Source: Acidobacteriota bacterium | Lineage (GTDB): Bacteria > Acidobacteriota > Terriglobia > 2-12-FULL-54-10 | DNA length: 64,000 nucleotides | Assembly: GCA_016191085.1 (NCBI GenBank) | Contig: JACPPJ010000070.1 | Span: 6,123-70,122 of the forward strand | Direction: 5' to 3' | Shown: piece after piece, positions 38,417 through 47,802 of the stretch | Numbering within the stretch: the first letter of the stretch is position 1 | Layout: every line of letters begins with the position of its first letter | Notes under the pieces: model-generated | The model's database searches: none | Seen by the model: the letters and a program-made list of their open reading frames with translations, nothing else | Told to the model about the DNA's origin: nothing | Translations under genes and position numbers: made by a program

Positions 38417-39157
38417 ATGCACGCGCGGAAGTTTCCTCTGCGGCGCGAATATTTCTCGCACTACGCGATAGCACTCGCAGACGGCCGCCTCTAGCCTGAT
38501 ACGATCCACTATAGAAACTTTTCCCCTCGTGTATCGTATATACCCGGCGATTCGAAATTGATGTGCCGCCTTCGCCACTTCCGGTCGGGTGCTGCCCAGC
38601 AGGCGGCTCATGAAGTCATGTGTCATCGTGAATTCCGCACCGCCCGCCTGGTCATGAATGCTCAACAGCAACCATGCCACTCGCTGCTCCACAGTATGAA
38701 TGCGGTTGCACGCCACATGTTGAGCGATCAGGAATAGCTGCCGCTGGATACACTTTAGTATTTGATTCTGGAAAACACCGGGGCGCTTAAACTCGCCGAG
38801 GAAGGTCTCCGCGCTCATCTGCAAAGCCGTGCCAGACAACGAGACAATCGCTTCGTGTCCGGCATGATTGGACCCCAAAGCCAGATAGATCCCCAGCATC
38901 CCTGTCTGTCCCACTTGCGCTATTTCGACGCTGCTTCCGTCTTCCAGTTCAGCCAGCACTGAAATAAGGCAGCTCTCTGGGAAATATACGCGCGATATGG
39001 GGCGGCTGGCGTCATGAATAACCTGCCCTTGTATCAGATCCACACGGTGCAAATACGGGAATATGCGTAGGAGATGCTCGGTAGGAAGCGCTGCTAGCAG
39101 TGCATTCGAACATTCAACGTACGAAGAAGAATTCAGAGCAGGGCGGAGATTAATCAT
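38411..39157 (-). CDS. Crp/Fnr-family transcriptional regulator
   Basis: cNMP-binding fold followed by C-terminal HTH (RVAWLLLSI...TMTHDFMSRLLGSTRPEVAKAAHQF). Confidence 0.8.
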   Translation of the reverse strand: MINLRPALNSSSYVECSNALLAALPTEHLLRIFPYLHRVDLIQGQVIHDASRPISRVYFPESCLISVLAELEDGSSVEIAQVGQTGMLGIYLALGSNHAGHEAIVSLSGTALQMSAETFLGEFKRPGVFQNQILKCIQRQLFLIAQHVACNRIHTVEQRVAWLLLSIHDQAGGAEFTMTHDFMSRLLGSTRPEVAKAAHQFRIAGYIRYTRGKVSIVDRIRLEAAVCECYRVVREIFAPQRKLPRVHS

Positions 39158-39297
39158 TCAGTCTTCCTCTGACGAAGTTCCGGACATCTACGCTGCTTGA
39201 GATATACCGTACCGTTTCAACCCAGCCCAAACAAGTCCTAAAAATCCTAGAGGTACTAGTGCTGGAACAGTCAGTACGGGGCATTTGCCCCACCCAG

Positions 39298-40623
39298 CTA
39301 CAGCTCCGTGATATGACCGAGACGGTCGAAGAAGTCGGGGAAGGAAATGATGGCGGCGTCGCTGTGGTGTAGGAGGCTTTCAGTTGTGGCGGCGAGTGCG
39401 GCGATGGTGAACGCCATCGCTATACGATGATCGCCAAACGAATCGAGTTCCGCGCCTAATAAGTGTTGTTGTCCGGGAATGTCCAAGCCATCGGGGCGGA
39501 CCTCCACACTGACGCCCATGCGGAGTAGATTGTCCGCTACTGTGGCTATACGATCCGTTTCTTTGACGCGCAGCTCGGTCGCATCGCGGATGCTGAGACC
39601 TTGTTCCGTTTGTGTGCCGAGCACTGCGAGAATGGGAATTTCATCAATCAGACCGGCGACCATCTCCCCTTCAATGCGCCCACCGGTGAGCTTGCCGCCT
39701 GATACGTGAATGTCTCCGATCAGCTCGCCGGATTCCTCGGCCAAATTCAGCAGTTTTACTGATGCCCCCATGCCGCAAAGGAAATCCAAAAGCGCGGTTC
39801 GCGTGGGGTTGAGTCCTACATCGTGGAGATAAAGATCGGAGGAGGGGAACAGCAGCGCAGCGCAGATGAAAAAGGCCGCGGAAGAAAGGTCTCCCGGTAC
39901 AGTCAAGCCCCTGGCCTTCAAAGCGCGTCCTCCTCGGACTGTAGCGGATCTGCGCCGCCGAGTGATGTCGGCCCCGAACTGCTGTAGAGCGATCTCGGTG
40001 TGATCTCTGGTTTGAACAGGTTCGACGACGGTGGTTTCTCCATCGGCCAACAGTCCGGCAAGCAGGACCGAGCTCTTCACCTGGGCGCTGGGCACCGGCA
40101 ATTCGTAATGTATGCCACTGAGCTTTGTGCCGTGAATTCTCAGGGGCGGATAGTTTCCGTCGCGAGCTTCGAAACGCGCGCCCATTTGGGACAGCGGCTC
40201 CATCACCCGTTTCATGGGCCGGCGCTGCAAGGACTCATCGCCGGTGATGGAGGTGTCGAAAGAATGCCCGGCCAGCAAGCCGCTCAACATTCGTATCGTC
40301 GAGCCGGAGTTGCCCGCATCCAGCGTTTCACGCGAGGGTTCGAGTCCACGCAAGCCGCGGCCTCTGATATGCAACTGCTCAAACGGCTCGCCAATTTCCG
40401 GCTTCACCTGTTTCCTGTAGATTTCTACGCCCAGTTGTTGCAGGCATCTCAGCGTCGAGGCACAGTCCGCGCCAGTCGAATAGTTGCGAATGACGGTTTC
40501 GCCTTCGGCGATGGCACCCAGCATGGCGTACCGGTGCGAAATGGATTTATCACCGGGCAGGCGAAGCCCGCCGGAAATGTTCTTGGCTGGCTGAATTCGT
40601 CGGTCCATCCTTCGAATTGTCAC
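39298..40623 (-). CDS. aroA: 3-phosphoshikimate 1-carboxyvinyltransferase (EPSP synthase)
   Basis: LPGDKSISHRYAMLGAIAEG and overall EPSPS fold. 441 aa. Confidence 0.9.
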   Translation of the reverse strand: MTIRRMDRRIQPAKNISGGLRLPGDKSISHRYAMLGAIAEGETVIRNYSTGADCASTLRCLQQLGVEIYRKQVKPEIGEPFEQLHIRGRGLRGLEPSRETLDAGNSGSTIRMLSGLLAGHSFDTSITGDESLQRRPMKRVMEPLSQMGARFEARDGNYPPLRIHGTKLSGIHYELPVPSAQVKSSVLLAGLLADGETTVVEPVQTRDHTEIALQQFGADITRRRRSATVRGGRALKARGLTVPGDLSSAAFFICAALLFPSSDLYLHDVGLNPTRTALLDFLCGMGASVKLLNLAEESGELIGDIHVSGGKLTGGRIEGEMVAGLIDEIPILAVLGTQTEQGLSIRDATELRVKETDRIATVADNLLRMGVSVEVRPDGLDIPGQQHLLGAELDSFGDHRIAMAFTIAALAATTESLLHHSDAAIISFPDFFDRLGHITEL

Positions 40624-40648
40624 CCGGTTTGTTGTCGCGGCGCAACTT

Positions 40649-40912
40649 TTAGTCCAGAGAATCGACGAGAGTTGGTGCCCCTTGTCTATCTGTCAAGCAG
40701 TTCGAAATATCGCTCTCGCGACATTCCGGCCGTGCGCAAATTGTTCTTGATGATAAAGACGGGTACCATGAATATTTCGGTATGACAACGGGCCGAATTA
40801 CGCCTGGTTTCGTGAAGACCATATGATCCCCTTCTTCCCTGACGCAGCGGAAACCATCGGATTCAAAAACGCATACCAACGTCTTATAAGAGACGGGAGT
40901 GAGTTTTTGCAT
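40649..40912 (-). CDS. hicA: HicA-family toxin (mRNA interferase); C-terminus atypical
   Basis: DGFRCVREEGDHMVFTKPGVIRPVVIPKYS matches HicA (GW..VRQ.GSH..F..PG....TVP.H). Overlaps hicB. Confidence 0.5.
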   Translation of the reverse strand: MQKLTPVSYKTLVCVFESDGFRCVREEGDHMVFTKPGVIRPVVIPKYSWYPSLSSRTICARPECRESDISNCLTDRQGAPTLVDSLD

Positions 40913-41183
40913 GTGGGGCGGGCAGAAGAATCGAGACTTGTTGGAGGCTGACGAACTTTGGGCCTTCCAGCTTTGCCCGGCGCCTGGAGTACCCAGCTTC
41001 TTCGAGGATTCGTGTCAGTGTCCCCATCCTTTCGGCCTCTTCCAGGAACAGTCGCACCGCCTCCTTGAGGTTCTTGACCGCTTTTTCCTTAGTGCCGCCG
41101 CAAGAGGAGATGTCCAACTGTGAAGTGTGAGCAACGTACATCCGACCTTCTTTGAAGATTTGGGTTGTGAATTGAATCTCCAT
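40884..41183 (-). CDS. hicB: HicB-family antitoxin (UPF0150)
   Basis: IFKEGRMYVAHTSQLDISSCGGTKEKAVKNLKEAVRLFLEEAE matches the HicB/UPF0150 pattern. Confidence 0.6.
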   Translation of the reverse strand: MEIQFTTQIFKEGRMYVAHTSQLDISSCGGTKEKAVKNLKEAVRLFLEEAERMGTLTRILEEAGYSRRRAKLEGPKFVSLQQVSILLPAPHAKTHSRLL

Positions 41184-41186
41184 ACT

Positions 41187-41813
41187 TCAATACTCAATGA
41201 GTTTGCCCAAAATGTCTAGCAGCGCCCCAGCAATGCTTTTGCGCCCCTCAGCGCCTCTTGAGCGGCTGGCATTCCAGCGCAAGAACAGCCATGCTACCGT
41301 TGCAATCATTCCTATCCACCCTAATATCTTCACGACGTGAGCAATCGCCGTGTCATGTTGCAGCAGCCCCAAGCTGGAAAAGATGTTGAACCAATCGTGA
41401 CCACCCTGTTCCGGGTCGCCAACGGCGACGAGCGGCAGTGCCTGAGCGCGGGCGTCTGCCATGTAGACGGAGATGTAAAGAAAGTTTTCAAAGAAGAAGA
41501 ACGATGCGAACGCGGACGCAGCAGGTTGGCGGCAGAGTACGAAATAACACGCCAGCGCGAATGGAACCAGCAGTTCCATCAGAGTGCCGCCCCACAGGCC
41601 GAGCGTCCGGCCAAACCACCCGAACAGCAGGTGACCAGACTCGTGCACAATCAGGTTTACGTTATCTATGAAGAGGAATCCATTGGAATGTGTTGCCGCA
41701 TAGACCAGGAACAGTGCGTAGAAAACTAACCAGCCGGTAAGCGCCGCCGTCGAAACGGGCTGCCAATTTTCGCTGAGTGCTTCTTCAACAGATTCGAGAA
41801 ACTCGAGTTCCAT
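41187..41813 (-). CDS. polytopic membrane protein with HExxH motif (putative zinc metalloprotease, DUF3267-like)
   Basis: HESGH inside a hydrophobic protein. Start chosen at MELEFLESV. Confidence 0.45.
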   Translation of the reverse strand: MELEFLESVEEALSENWQPVSTAALTGWLVFYALFLVYAATHSNGFLFIDNVNLIVHESGHLLFGWFGRTLGLWGGTLMELLVPFALACYFVLCRQPAASAFASFFFFENFLYISVYMADARAQALPLVAVGDPEQGGHDWFNIFSSLGLLQHDTAIAHVVKILGWIGMIATVAWLFLRWNASRSRGAEGRKSIAGALLDILGKLIEY

Positions 41814-41959
41814 GTGACTTCTTAGACGCGAAAATCCAAACAGCGAATTGTAACACCACGCAAGTACCTTGAGCGCAAAACCGAATTCAACGACAATGAA
41901 AGCTTTCAAGCGGGCGTACTGCCGACATCGCTCGTCGTAGTACCTGTTCAGGAGAGCTT

Positions 41960-43159
41960 ATGAAAACAGACGTGATCGAACTCGAAAAAAAGTATCTCAT
42001 CCAGACTTACGCTCGCGCGCCATTGATCTTGGAGCGCGGCAAAGGCTGTTGGGTATGGGACGTGAACGGGAAGAAGTACCTGGACTTTGTCTCCGGCCTG
42101 GGCGTGAACGCCCTAGGACATGCGCATCCGCGCTTGACGAAAGTGATACGGGATCAGGCCGGCAAGCTGATTCACGCTTCGAACCTTTACTACCATCGTT
42201 ATCAGGGGTTGTTGGCGGAGCGGCTGGCGAAAGTCACTGGAATGGATCGCGCTTTCTTCTGCAATAGCGGCACGGAGGCGATTGAGGGCGCCATTAAGCT
42301 GGCGCGCGGATACGCCGCGCATCACGGCAAGGGCAAATTCGAAGTGGTGGCGCTGGATAATTCATTTCACGGCCGCACGATTGGCGCGCTCTCCGCGACA
42401 GGTCAGGAGAAGTATCGCAAAGATTTCGAGCCCTTAGTGCCCGGGTTCCACTTTGTTCCTCTGAACGACGTCAAGCAGCTACAGATGCGCGTCAATGAGA
42501 ATACCTGCGCGCTGATCCTGGAGCCGGTCCAGGGCGAGGGCGGCATCTTTGAGGTCAGCCGGGAGTTCATGCAAACAGCGGCAAAGCTGGCGCGGCAAGT
42601 GAATGCGCTGCTGATCATGGACGAAATTCAGAGCGGACTGGGCCGTACAGGAGAATACCTGGCGTCAAAATCGCTTGGCGCTCAGCCTGACATTGTCGCG
42701 CTGGCAAAGCCCATTGCCGGAGGTCTGCCGCTCGGCGTCATTCTGGCCAGGGAAGAGGTGGCTTCCGGGTTGACGGCGGGCATGCACGGTACCACCTTCG
42801 GCGGCGGGCCGCTAATCTGTCGCGTGGCTCTTGAATTCCTGGATGTAATTGAGAAGGAAAAGATCCTGAAGAACGTCCGCAAGACCGGCGAATACATGCG
42901 CAAGAAGCTGCTGGCGCTGAAGAAGAAATATCCGTTTATTCGCGACGTGCGCGGGCGCGGGCTGATGTTGGCGATTGACCTCGCCATGCCCAGCCGCTCA
43001 TTCGTGCAATTGGCGCTCGACCGCGGGCTCATCATCAACAGCACGCATGACACCGTTCTGCGGTTCTTACCGCCTCTGATCATCGAAAAAAAGCATGTCG
43101 ATCAATTTTATAAGATCATGGATGAGATCTTCGCGGCGACGGAGTGGGAAGGGAAGTGA
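41960..43159 (+). CDS. argD: acetylornithine aminotransferase (class III PLP aminotransferase)
   Basis: Strong ArgD-like sequence: GLGVNALGHAHPRL, CNSGTEAIEGAIKLAR, DEIQSGLGRTG, and PLP lysine context ALAKPIAGG. Confidence 0.85.
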   Translation: MKTDVIELEKKYLIQTYARAPLILERGKGCWVWDVNGKKYLDFVSGLGVNALGHAHPRLTKVIRDQAGKLIHASNLYYHRYQGLLAERLAKVTGMDRAFFCNSGTEAIEGAIKLARGYAAHHGKGKFEVVALDNSFHGRTIGALSATGQEKYRKDFEPLVPGFHFVPLNDVKQLQMRVNENTCALILEPVQGEGGIFEVSREFMQTAAKLARQVNALLIMDEIQSGLGRTGEYLASKSLGAQPDIVALAKPIAGGLPLGVILAREEVASGLTAGMHGTTFGGGPLICRVALEFLDVIEKEKILKNVRKTGEYMRKKLLALKKKYPFIRDVRGRGLMLAIDLAMPSRSFVQLALDRGLIINSTHDTVLRFLPPLIIEKKHVDQFYKIMDEIFAATEWEGK

Positions 43160-43242
43160 AAGCAGCGGTCGGCACTCAGCCTTCAGCAATCAGCATCCAG
43201 CGACCAATCGCCGGGCTGACCGCTCGACGCTGAAAGCTGCCG

Positions 43243-44313
43243 CTACTCGCCCAGCAGGCTGCCGTACTTTTTGAGCCCCGGGAAATTGTCGCAGACGGCC
43301 TTAGCGGCGGCGGCAATGGGGACCGCCAGGATCAGGCCCATAGCGCCCCACATCCAGCCCCAAACGAGGAGTGCCAACGTCACCGCGACAGGATTCATGT
43401 TCACCCGCGATCCAACGATTTTGGGGAACAATACGTTGAGCGCGATGACATGGAACGCAATTAGGGTTCCGATCAGAACGATGTATGGCGGCACTGTATG
43501 GATGTATGGAAGCGCGACGACTACAGGTCCAGCAATTGCCAGCAGCACTCCCAAATATGGAATCAGGCTCAAAAACCCGCTGAGCAATCCAAGCACGATT
43601 CGGAACTGCAGTCCGAGAATGAAAAACAACAGAGCGGAGGCTGCCGAGAGTATCAGTCCCACCACGATGTTTCCCACCAAATAGCCGCGCATTGTTGAGG
43701 CGATGCCCCTCAGCCCGTTGGCGACACCGGGTTGGTCGGCCTCGCTGAAAGCTTCGACGGCAGTACGGCGGAGGTGCTCCTTCCAGGAAAGCATGAAGAA
43801 GACCAGGAACGGGATGAATGTAATCATCAGCAAAGCGGTCGCGGCCGTTTCAACGCCAGGGAAAAGATATCTCGACATAATCGACGGTTCCGCCATCGTG
43901 ACCGTCTGAACACGTTCCGGAGAGCGGGGTATTACTTGCTCCGTTTGACGCCGGAACTGCTCGATACGGCGGCGCACATTCATTACAGCGGTGCGGATCG
44001 TGTTTGAGTACCGAGGCAGATCGCTGGCAAAATCCTGCACGCGGTTGTACAGAAAGACGGAAGCGATGCCGAGGAAGGTGACCAGAAGTACTACCACGAT
44101 AAATGCCGCGAGAGCTCTCGGAAAGCGAAGCCGCACGAGAGCTTCGACCAAGGGGTCGAGAAAGATCGCCAGGATGATTGACACCAGCGTCGTTTCGATC
44201 ACCGAGGCGGCAAAATAGCAAATCCCCATAATGACGCCGAATGCGATCACGCCGGAGGCAAAACTGGATTTTTGCGCCATATCTGTTCGTACGATGGTGT
44301 CGTCGGCTGGCAT
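43243..44313 (-). CDS. AI-2E family transporter (UPF0118/PerM-like)
   Basis: 356-aa membrane protein with the AI-2E topology/pattern. Confidence 0.75.
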   Translation of the reverse strand: MPADDTIVRTDMAQKSSFASGVIAFGVIMGICYFAASVIETTLVSIILAIFLDPLVEALVRLRFPRALAAFIVVVLLVTFLGIASVFLYNRVQDFASDLPRYSNTIRTAVMNVRRRIEQFRRQTEQVIPRSPERVQTVTMAEPSIMSRYLFPGVETAATALLMITFIPFLVFFMLSWKEHLRRTAVEAFSEADQPGVANGLRGIASTMRGYLVGNIVVGLILSAASALLFFILGLQFRIVLGLLSGFLSLIPYLGVLLAIAGPVVVALPYIHTVPPYIVLIGTLIAFHVIALNVLFPKIVGSRVNMNPVAVTLALLVWGWMWGAMGLILAVPIAAAAKAVCDNFPGLKKYGSLLGE

Positions 44314-44528
44314 GGGCTTAAATCCACGGGAGTGAACTGCCGGAAGCTCTACGGCTGGTCACGAACCATCTTGATAGTAGCGAACAAAGGCTCATGGCTG
44401 CAATACTTTCAGCGTGACCTGTTTACTATCTCATGCATTCACATCTGCGCAGTTCCACTTGGCTGTTTCCGGGTATACATTAAGGGAATCATCCTGCGCC
44501 GGCCCGCCCGGCAGAGTAGAGGTCGAGC

Positions 44529-45722
44529 TTGGCTGTATTTTCATGGGGACTGACGGCGCTTCTGATCGGGATGGTTGTGGGCGCAACTTGCTACACTCTG
44601 ATTGCGCTATACGCAGCCTGTAAATTTCAGCGAACAAAGCCTCTTGGGTCCGTCGGCTTCACGCCGCCCGTTTCACTCCTCAAGCCGCTCTACGGCCTGG
44701 ACCGGAAATTGGAGCGCAATCTCGAGAGTTTCTGCACCCAAACTTATCCTGTCTACGAAATTCTTTTTTCCGTACGGCACGAATCGGATCCGTCCGTGGC
44801 TGTGGTACGCAAGCTACAGCAACAGTTTCCCTCCCTGCCGATTCGTTTGCTCGTAACCGGACCTCCGCGATATCTCAACGCGAAAGTGCATGGTCTTGAA
44901 GAGATGGCCAAAGCGGCTCGCTATGACATATTCATCATCAGCGATAGCGACGTGCGCGTTGGGCCGGAATACCTCAAAGGAGTGGTGGCGCCGTTCGCCG
45001 GTCCGAGTGTGGGAATGACAACGTGTCTTTCCCGGGGCGTGCCTTCAAACTCCGTCTGGTCAGTTATGGAAGCATTGGGGATGAATACGCAGTTTCTCCC
45101 GGGCGTTCTTTCCGCGTGGCTGCTGATCGGGATGGAGTTTGCATTAGGGCCCACGATGGTCATCCGAAAGCAGCAGTTGGAGGAGATTGGTGGATTTAGG
45201 ATTTTGCGAGACTACCTGGCCGACGATTTTGTCCTGGGCGAGACCGTGGCCAAAGCGGGGTATGGCGTGGTCCTGACCCATGTTATTCCGGATCATCTCT
45301 TCGGGGGACACACGATGAGCGAGTCGCTGGCGCACCGTTTGCGCTGGGAGCGAAGTTCAAAGTGCTCGCGGCCGGCGGGCTACGTTGGCCAGGTGTTCAC
45401 ACATTCTCTGCCTCTGGCGCTTCTGGCGGTGGCGCTTGCACCGCAAGCGAGAACGTATGTGCTCGCAATGACGGCGCTATGCATCGTCGCCCGGTTCGCT
45501 CTTGCCTGGAAGGTCGGATGGAGTTTGCTTCGCGATTCCACTCTGCGCAAATTCTGGTGGCTTTTGCCTATCGAAGACCTGCTGAGCTTTGGTATCTGGT
45601 GCTGGGCGTTCTTTGGAGGTGAAATCGTCTGGCGAGGCACTCGCCTCAAAGTGCTGCGGGGCGGCAAGATGGTCGCGACCGGCAATGCGATGGAAGAGCC
45701 TGCGCCGGCTGCCACCAGGTGA
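44529..45722 (+). CDS. GT2/GT21 glycosyltransferase (ceramide glucosyltransferase-like / HpnI-like)
   Basis: N-terminal TM, DSD motif (IISDSDV), and C-terminal TMs characteristic of the GT21 family. Confidence 0.65.
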   Translation: MAVFSWGLTALLIGMVVGATCYTLIALYAACKFQRTKPLGSVGFTPPVSLLKPLYGLDRKLERNLESFCTQTYPVYEILFSVRHESDPSVAVVRKLQQQFPSLPIRLLVTGPPRYLNAKVHGLEEMAKAARYDIFIISDSDVRVGPEYLKGVVAPFAGPSVGMTTCLSRGVPSNSVWSVMEALGMNTQFLPGVLSAWLLIGMEFALGPTMVIRKQQLEEIGGFRILRDYLADDFVLGETVAKAGYGVVLTHVIPDHLFGGHTMSESLAHRLRWERSSKCSRPAGYVGQVFTHSLPLALLAVALAPQARTYVLAMTALCIVARFALAWKVGWSLLRDSTLRKFWWLLPIEDLLSFGIWCWAFFGGEIVWRGTRLKVLRGGKMVATGNAMEEPAPAATR

Positions 45723-45748
45723 GCTTACTGCTTGGCTCAATGGCCGAA

Positions 45749-45794
45749 CTGAGGGTTCCAGACAAAAAAAGGGACTCCGAAGAGTCCCTCAGTT
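45749..45794 (-). terminator. Rho-independent terminator downstream of atpE (hairpin GGGACTCTTCGGAGTCCC plus T7 on the minus strand)
   Basis: Perfect 7-bp stem with tetraloop-like loop followed by TTTTTTT on the minus strand. Extended complementary flanks AACTGAGGG/CCCTCAGTT. Confidence 0.6.
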
Positions 45795-45807
45795 CCATCC
45801 CTGAATT

Positions 45808-46122
45808 CTAGACTGTCACTTTCGCAAAAATGATCACGAGTGTATAGAGCGCCAGCGATTCAATTAACGCCAGACCCAGAATCAGCGCGGTTTGAATTGC
45901 TTTGGCAGCGCCAGGATTTCTTGCCATGCCTTCGACGGCCGAAGCCGTGGCCTTTCCCTGGGCCAGCCCGCAGAATGCGGACGCTATCGCCATTGCGAAG
46001 CCTGAGGTAATTACCACCCACATCTGAGCGGAAGGTGCCGCTGCGGCAGCTTCCTGCGCGAAAGCGGGAGCCGCCGACGCAAACAGGATCAGTCCCCATA
46101 AGGTTCGTTGCAGTTTCTTCAT
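45808..46122 (-). CDS. atpE: F0F1 ATP synthase subunit c with N-terminal leader
   Basis: GLAQGKA...ARNPGA...LILGLALIESLALYTLVI matches the c-subunit hairpin including the conserved carboxylate context. Confidence 0.8.
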   Translation of the reverse strand: MKKLQRTLWGLILFASAAPAFAQEAAAAAPSAQMWVVITSGFAMAIASAFCGLAQGKATASAVEGMARNPGAAKAIQTALILGLALIESLALYTLVIIFAKVTV

Positions 46123-46228
46123 TTACTCTCTCCTTGTTGTATGAACTTGCCCCAGTGGGTGGTTGCTCCACACCCCCTCTTACAGTGAAGCCTCACGCTG
46201 AGGCAAAAATGATAATGGCTGAACCAGT

Positions 46229-46966
46229 CTAATGGCCTTCGGAAACGGCTCCGGACAAATAAACCGTCGTCAAAAGTATAAAAATGAATGTCTGGAGCGC
46301 GCCCACCGCAATATGTATGCCCATGAATACGGCGGGAACGCCGACTGGAATAAGGGAGAAGAAGACGGCTGTGATGTTTTCTCCCGCCAGCATGTTCGCA
46401 TAGAGTCGGACAGAGAGCGAAAGCGCGCGAGCCATGTGGCTGATCAACTCAATGAGGAACATCAGCGGAGCCAGCCAGAAAACTGGTCCGAGGAAAGTCT
46501 TCAGATAGCCGCCGGCTCCGTGATGGCGGAAACCCCAGAAGTTGTAATAGCAGAACGCAACCAGTGCACACCCGAGCGTAACTTGGATAAAGGCCGTGGG
46601 AGTTTCGAAGCCGGGTATCTCGCCAAGAACGTTGCTCGGGAAAATAAAGAGCACCAATGTGAAAAGCAGGGGTATGAAGTGCCGGCTGCCATGGCCGATG
46701 ATTTCCTCACCCTGCGTCTGCAACCCGCCCACGATCAGTTCGATCACTTGCTGAACATGACCAGGGCGGTCAGAAGACAGCCTCGTTCGCAACCATCCCA
46801 GAAACACTATCAGAAACACCACCACCAGAATCTCCATGGCAAAGAAATTACTGATGGGATGTTCCGGTAACTGAGGAGTGATGCCGATGGCTTGCAAAAC
46901 GCTTGTGACAGCTGGGCCAAAAATGCGGTTCAGAAATGCGGTAAACCAGAGCTCGTGGTGTTCCAT
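46229..46966 (-). CDS. atpB: F0F1 ATP synthase subunit a
   Basis: LSLSVRLYANMLAGE matches the conserved Arg-containing helix of subunit a. Confidence 0.85.
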   Translation of the reverse strand: MEHHELWFTAFLNRIFGPAVTSVLQAIGITPQLPEHPISNFFAMEILVVVFLIVFLGWLRTRLSSDRPGHVQQVIELIVGGLQTQGEEIIGHGSRHFIPLLFTLVLFIFPSNVLGEIPGFETPTAFIQVTLGCALVAFCYYNFWGFRHHGAGGYLKTFLGPVFWLAPLMFLIELISHMARALSLSVRLYANMLAGENITAVFFSLIPVGVPAVFMGIHIAVGALQTFIFILLTTVYLSGAVSEGH

Positions 46967-46990
46967 CGTTTGATTCTTGATCCTACGGTT

Positions 46991-47467
46991 TTATGGACTG
47001 CTGAGCCCGCGCCAGAGTTCGTAGCACACCTCTACTAAAACCGCGCCGACAAACAAAAACAGTCCGGCAAAGAATGCTTCCAGGCTGATAAACGAACTCA
47101 CGAATATAGCATAGCCCGCTGCTCCTATCAACGCGTACCGAAGCATGATTCGGAGGGCGCTGCCTGCCGCACCAGGCGGCCTCACAGGAGAGTTATTTTC
47201 ATCGCGGCCTTGAGGCAGGAACGAGCGTGTTATGGAGTCAATCGCGCGGTACATCCAATGAAAGTTCAACGCCGAGAGCGCCGAACCCACAGCGAAGCCC
47301 GCTGCCCATCGCCAGCCGTACCAGACCCAGCAAACTGCCGTACCCGTTACGCCGAGCACCAACATGAATCGATACATGCGGCGTCCGGAGCCGGACAAAA
47401 ACTTTTCCTGATCCGGAGGTAGAGGAATTGGGTCAGGTGCGTTGGTTGCGCCGGAGGCCGTTTCCAT
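46991..47467 (-). CDS. atpI: ATP synthase protein I-like membrane protein
   Basis: Small hydrophobic protein directly upstream of atpB. Confidence 0.5.
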   Translation of the reverse strand: METASGATNAPDPIPLPPDQEKFLSGSGRRMYRFMLVLGVTGTAVCWVWYGWRWAAGFAVGSALSALNFHWMYRAIDSITRSFLPQGRDENNSPVRPPGAAGSALRIMLRYALIGAAGYAIFVSSFISLEAFFAGLFLFVGAVLVEVCYELWRGLSSP

Positions 47468-47471
47468 GAAG

Positions 47472-47759
47472 TCACTTCGAATTTCGGTTCACAATCCGAA
47501 TCAGCTCGACGAACGCAGCGGCGATTCCCAAGAGAAGGAAAACGATGTAGAGAAACGAGGTGTGAAAGACTCGGTCAAGCGCCAATCCAGACAGGTATCC
47601 TACGACGACGCAAGCGGGGAACATGAAGCCGATCGAGGCGTAGTCGCTGATCTGGGACCACAAAGGTTTCCGGGGAGCCGCCATAGTGCCGCACCTGAGA
47701 ATGCCCAGCAGCACTCCCTTCCTAAGGCATTGGTCAGCCGCTGAGAGACTGAACCTCAA
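47472..47759 (-). CDS. AtpZ/AtpI-family small membrane protein
   Basis: 95-aa two-TM protein between nuoN and atpI. Confidence 0.45.
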   Translation of the reverse strand: MRFSLSAADQCLRKGVLLGILRCGTMAAPRKPLWSQISDYASIGFMFPACVVVGYLSGLALDRVFHTSFLYIVFLLLGIAAAFVELIRIVNRNSK

Positions 47760-47802
47760 CGGTACCGCTGAAGCCGTGCCTTCCTAGTGCTGTCTACGGT
47801 CA

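Noticed and set aside
40000-40785. 261-aa plus-strand ORF
   Set aside because: Antisense shadow of aroA and hicA.
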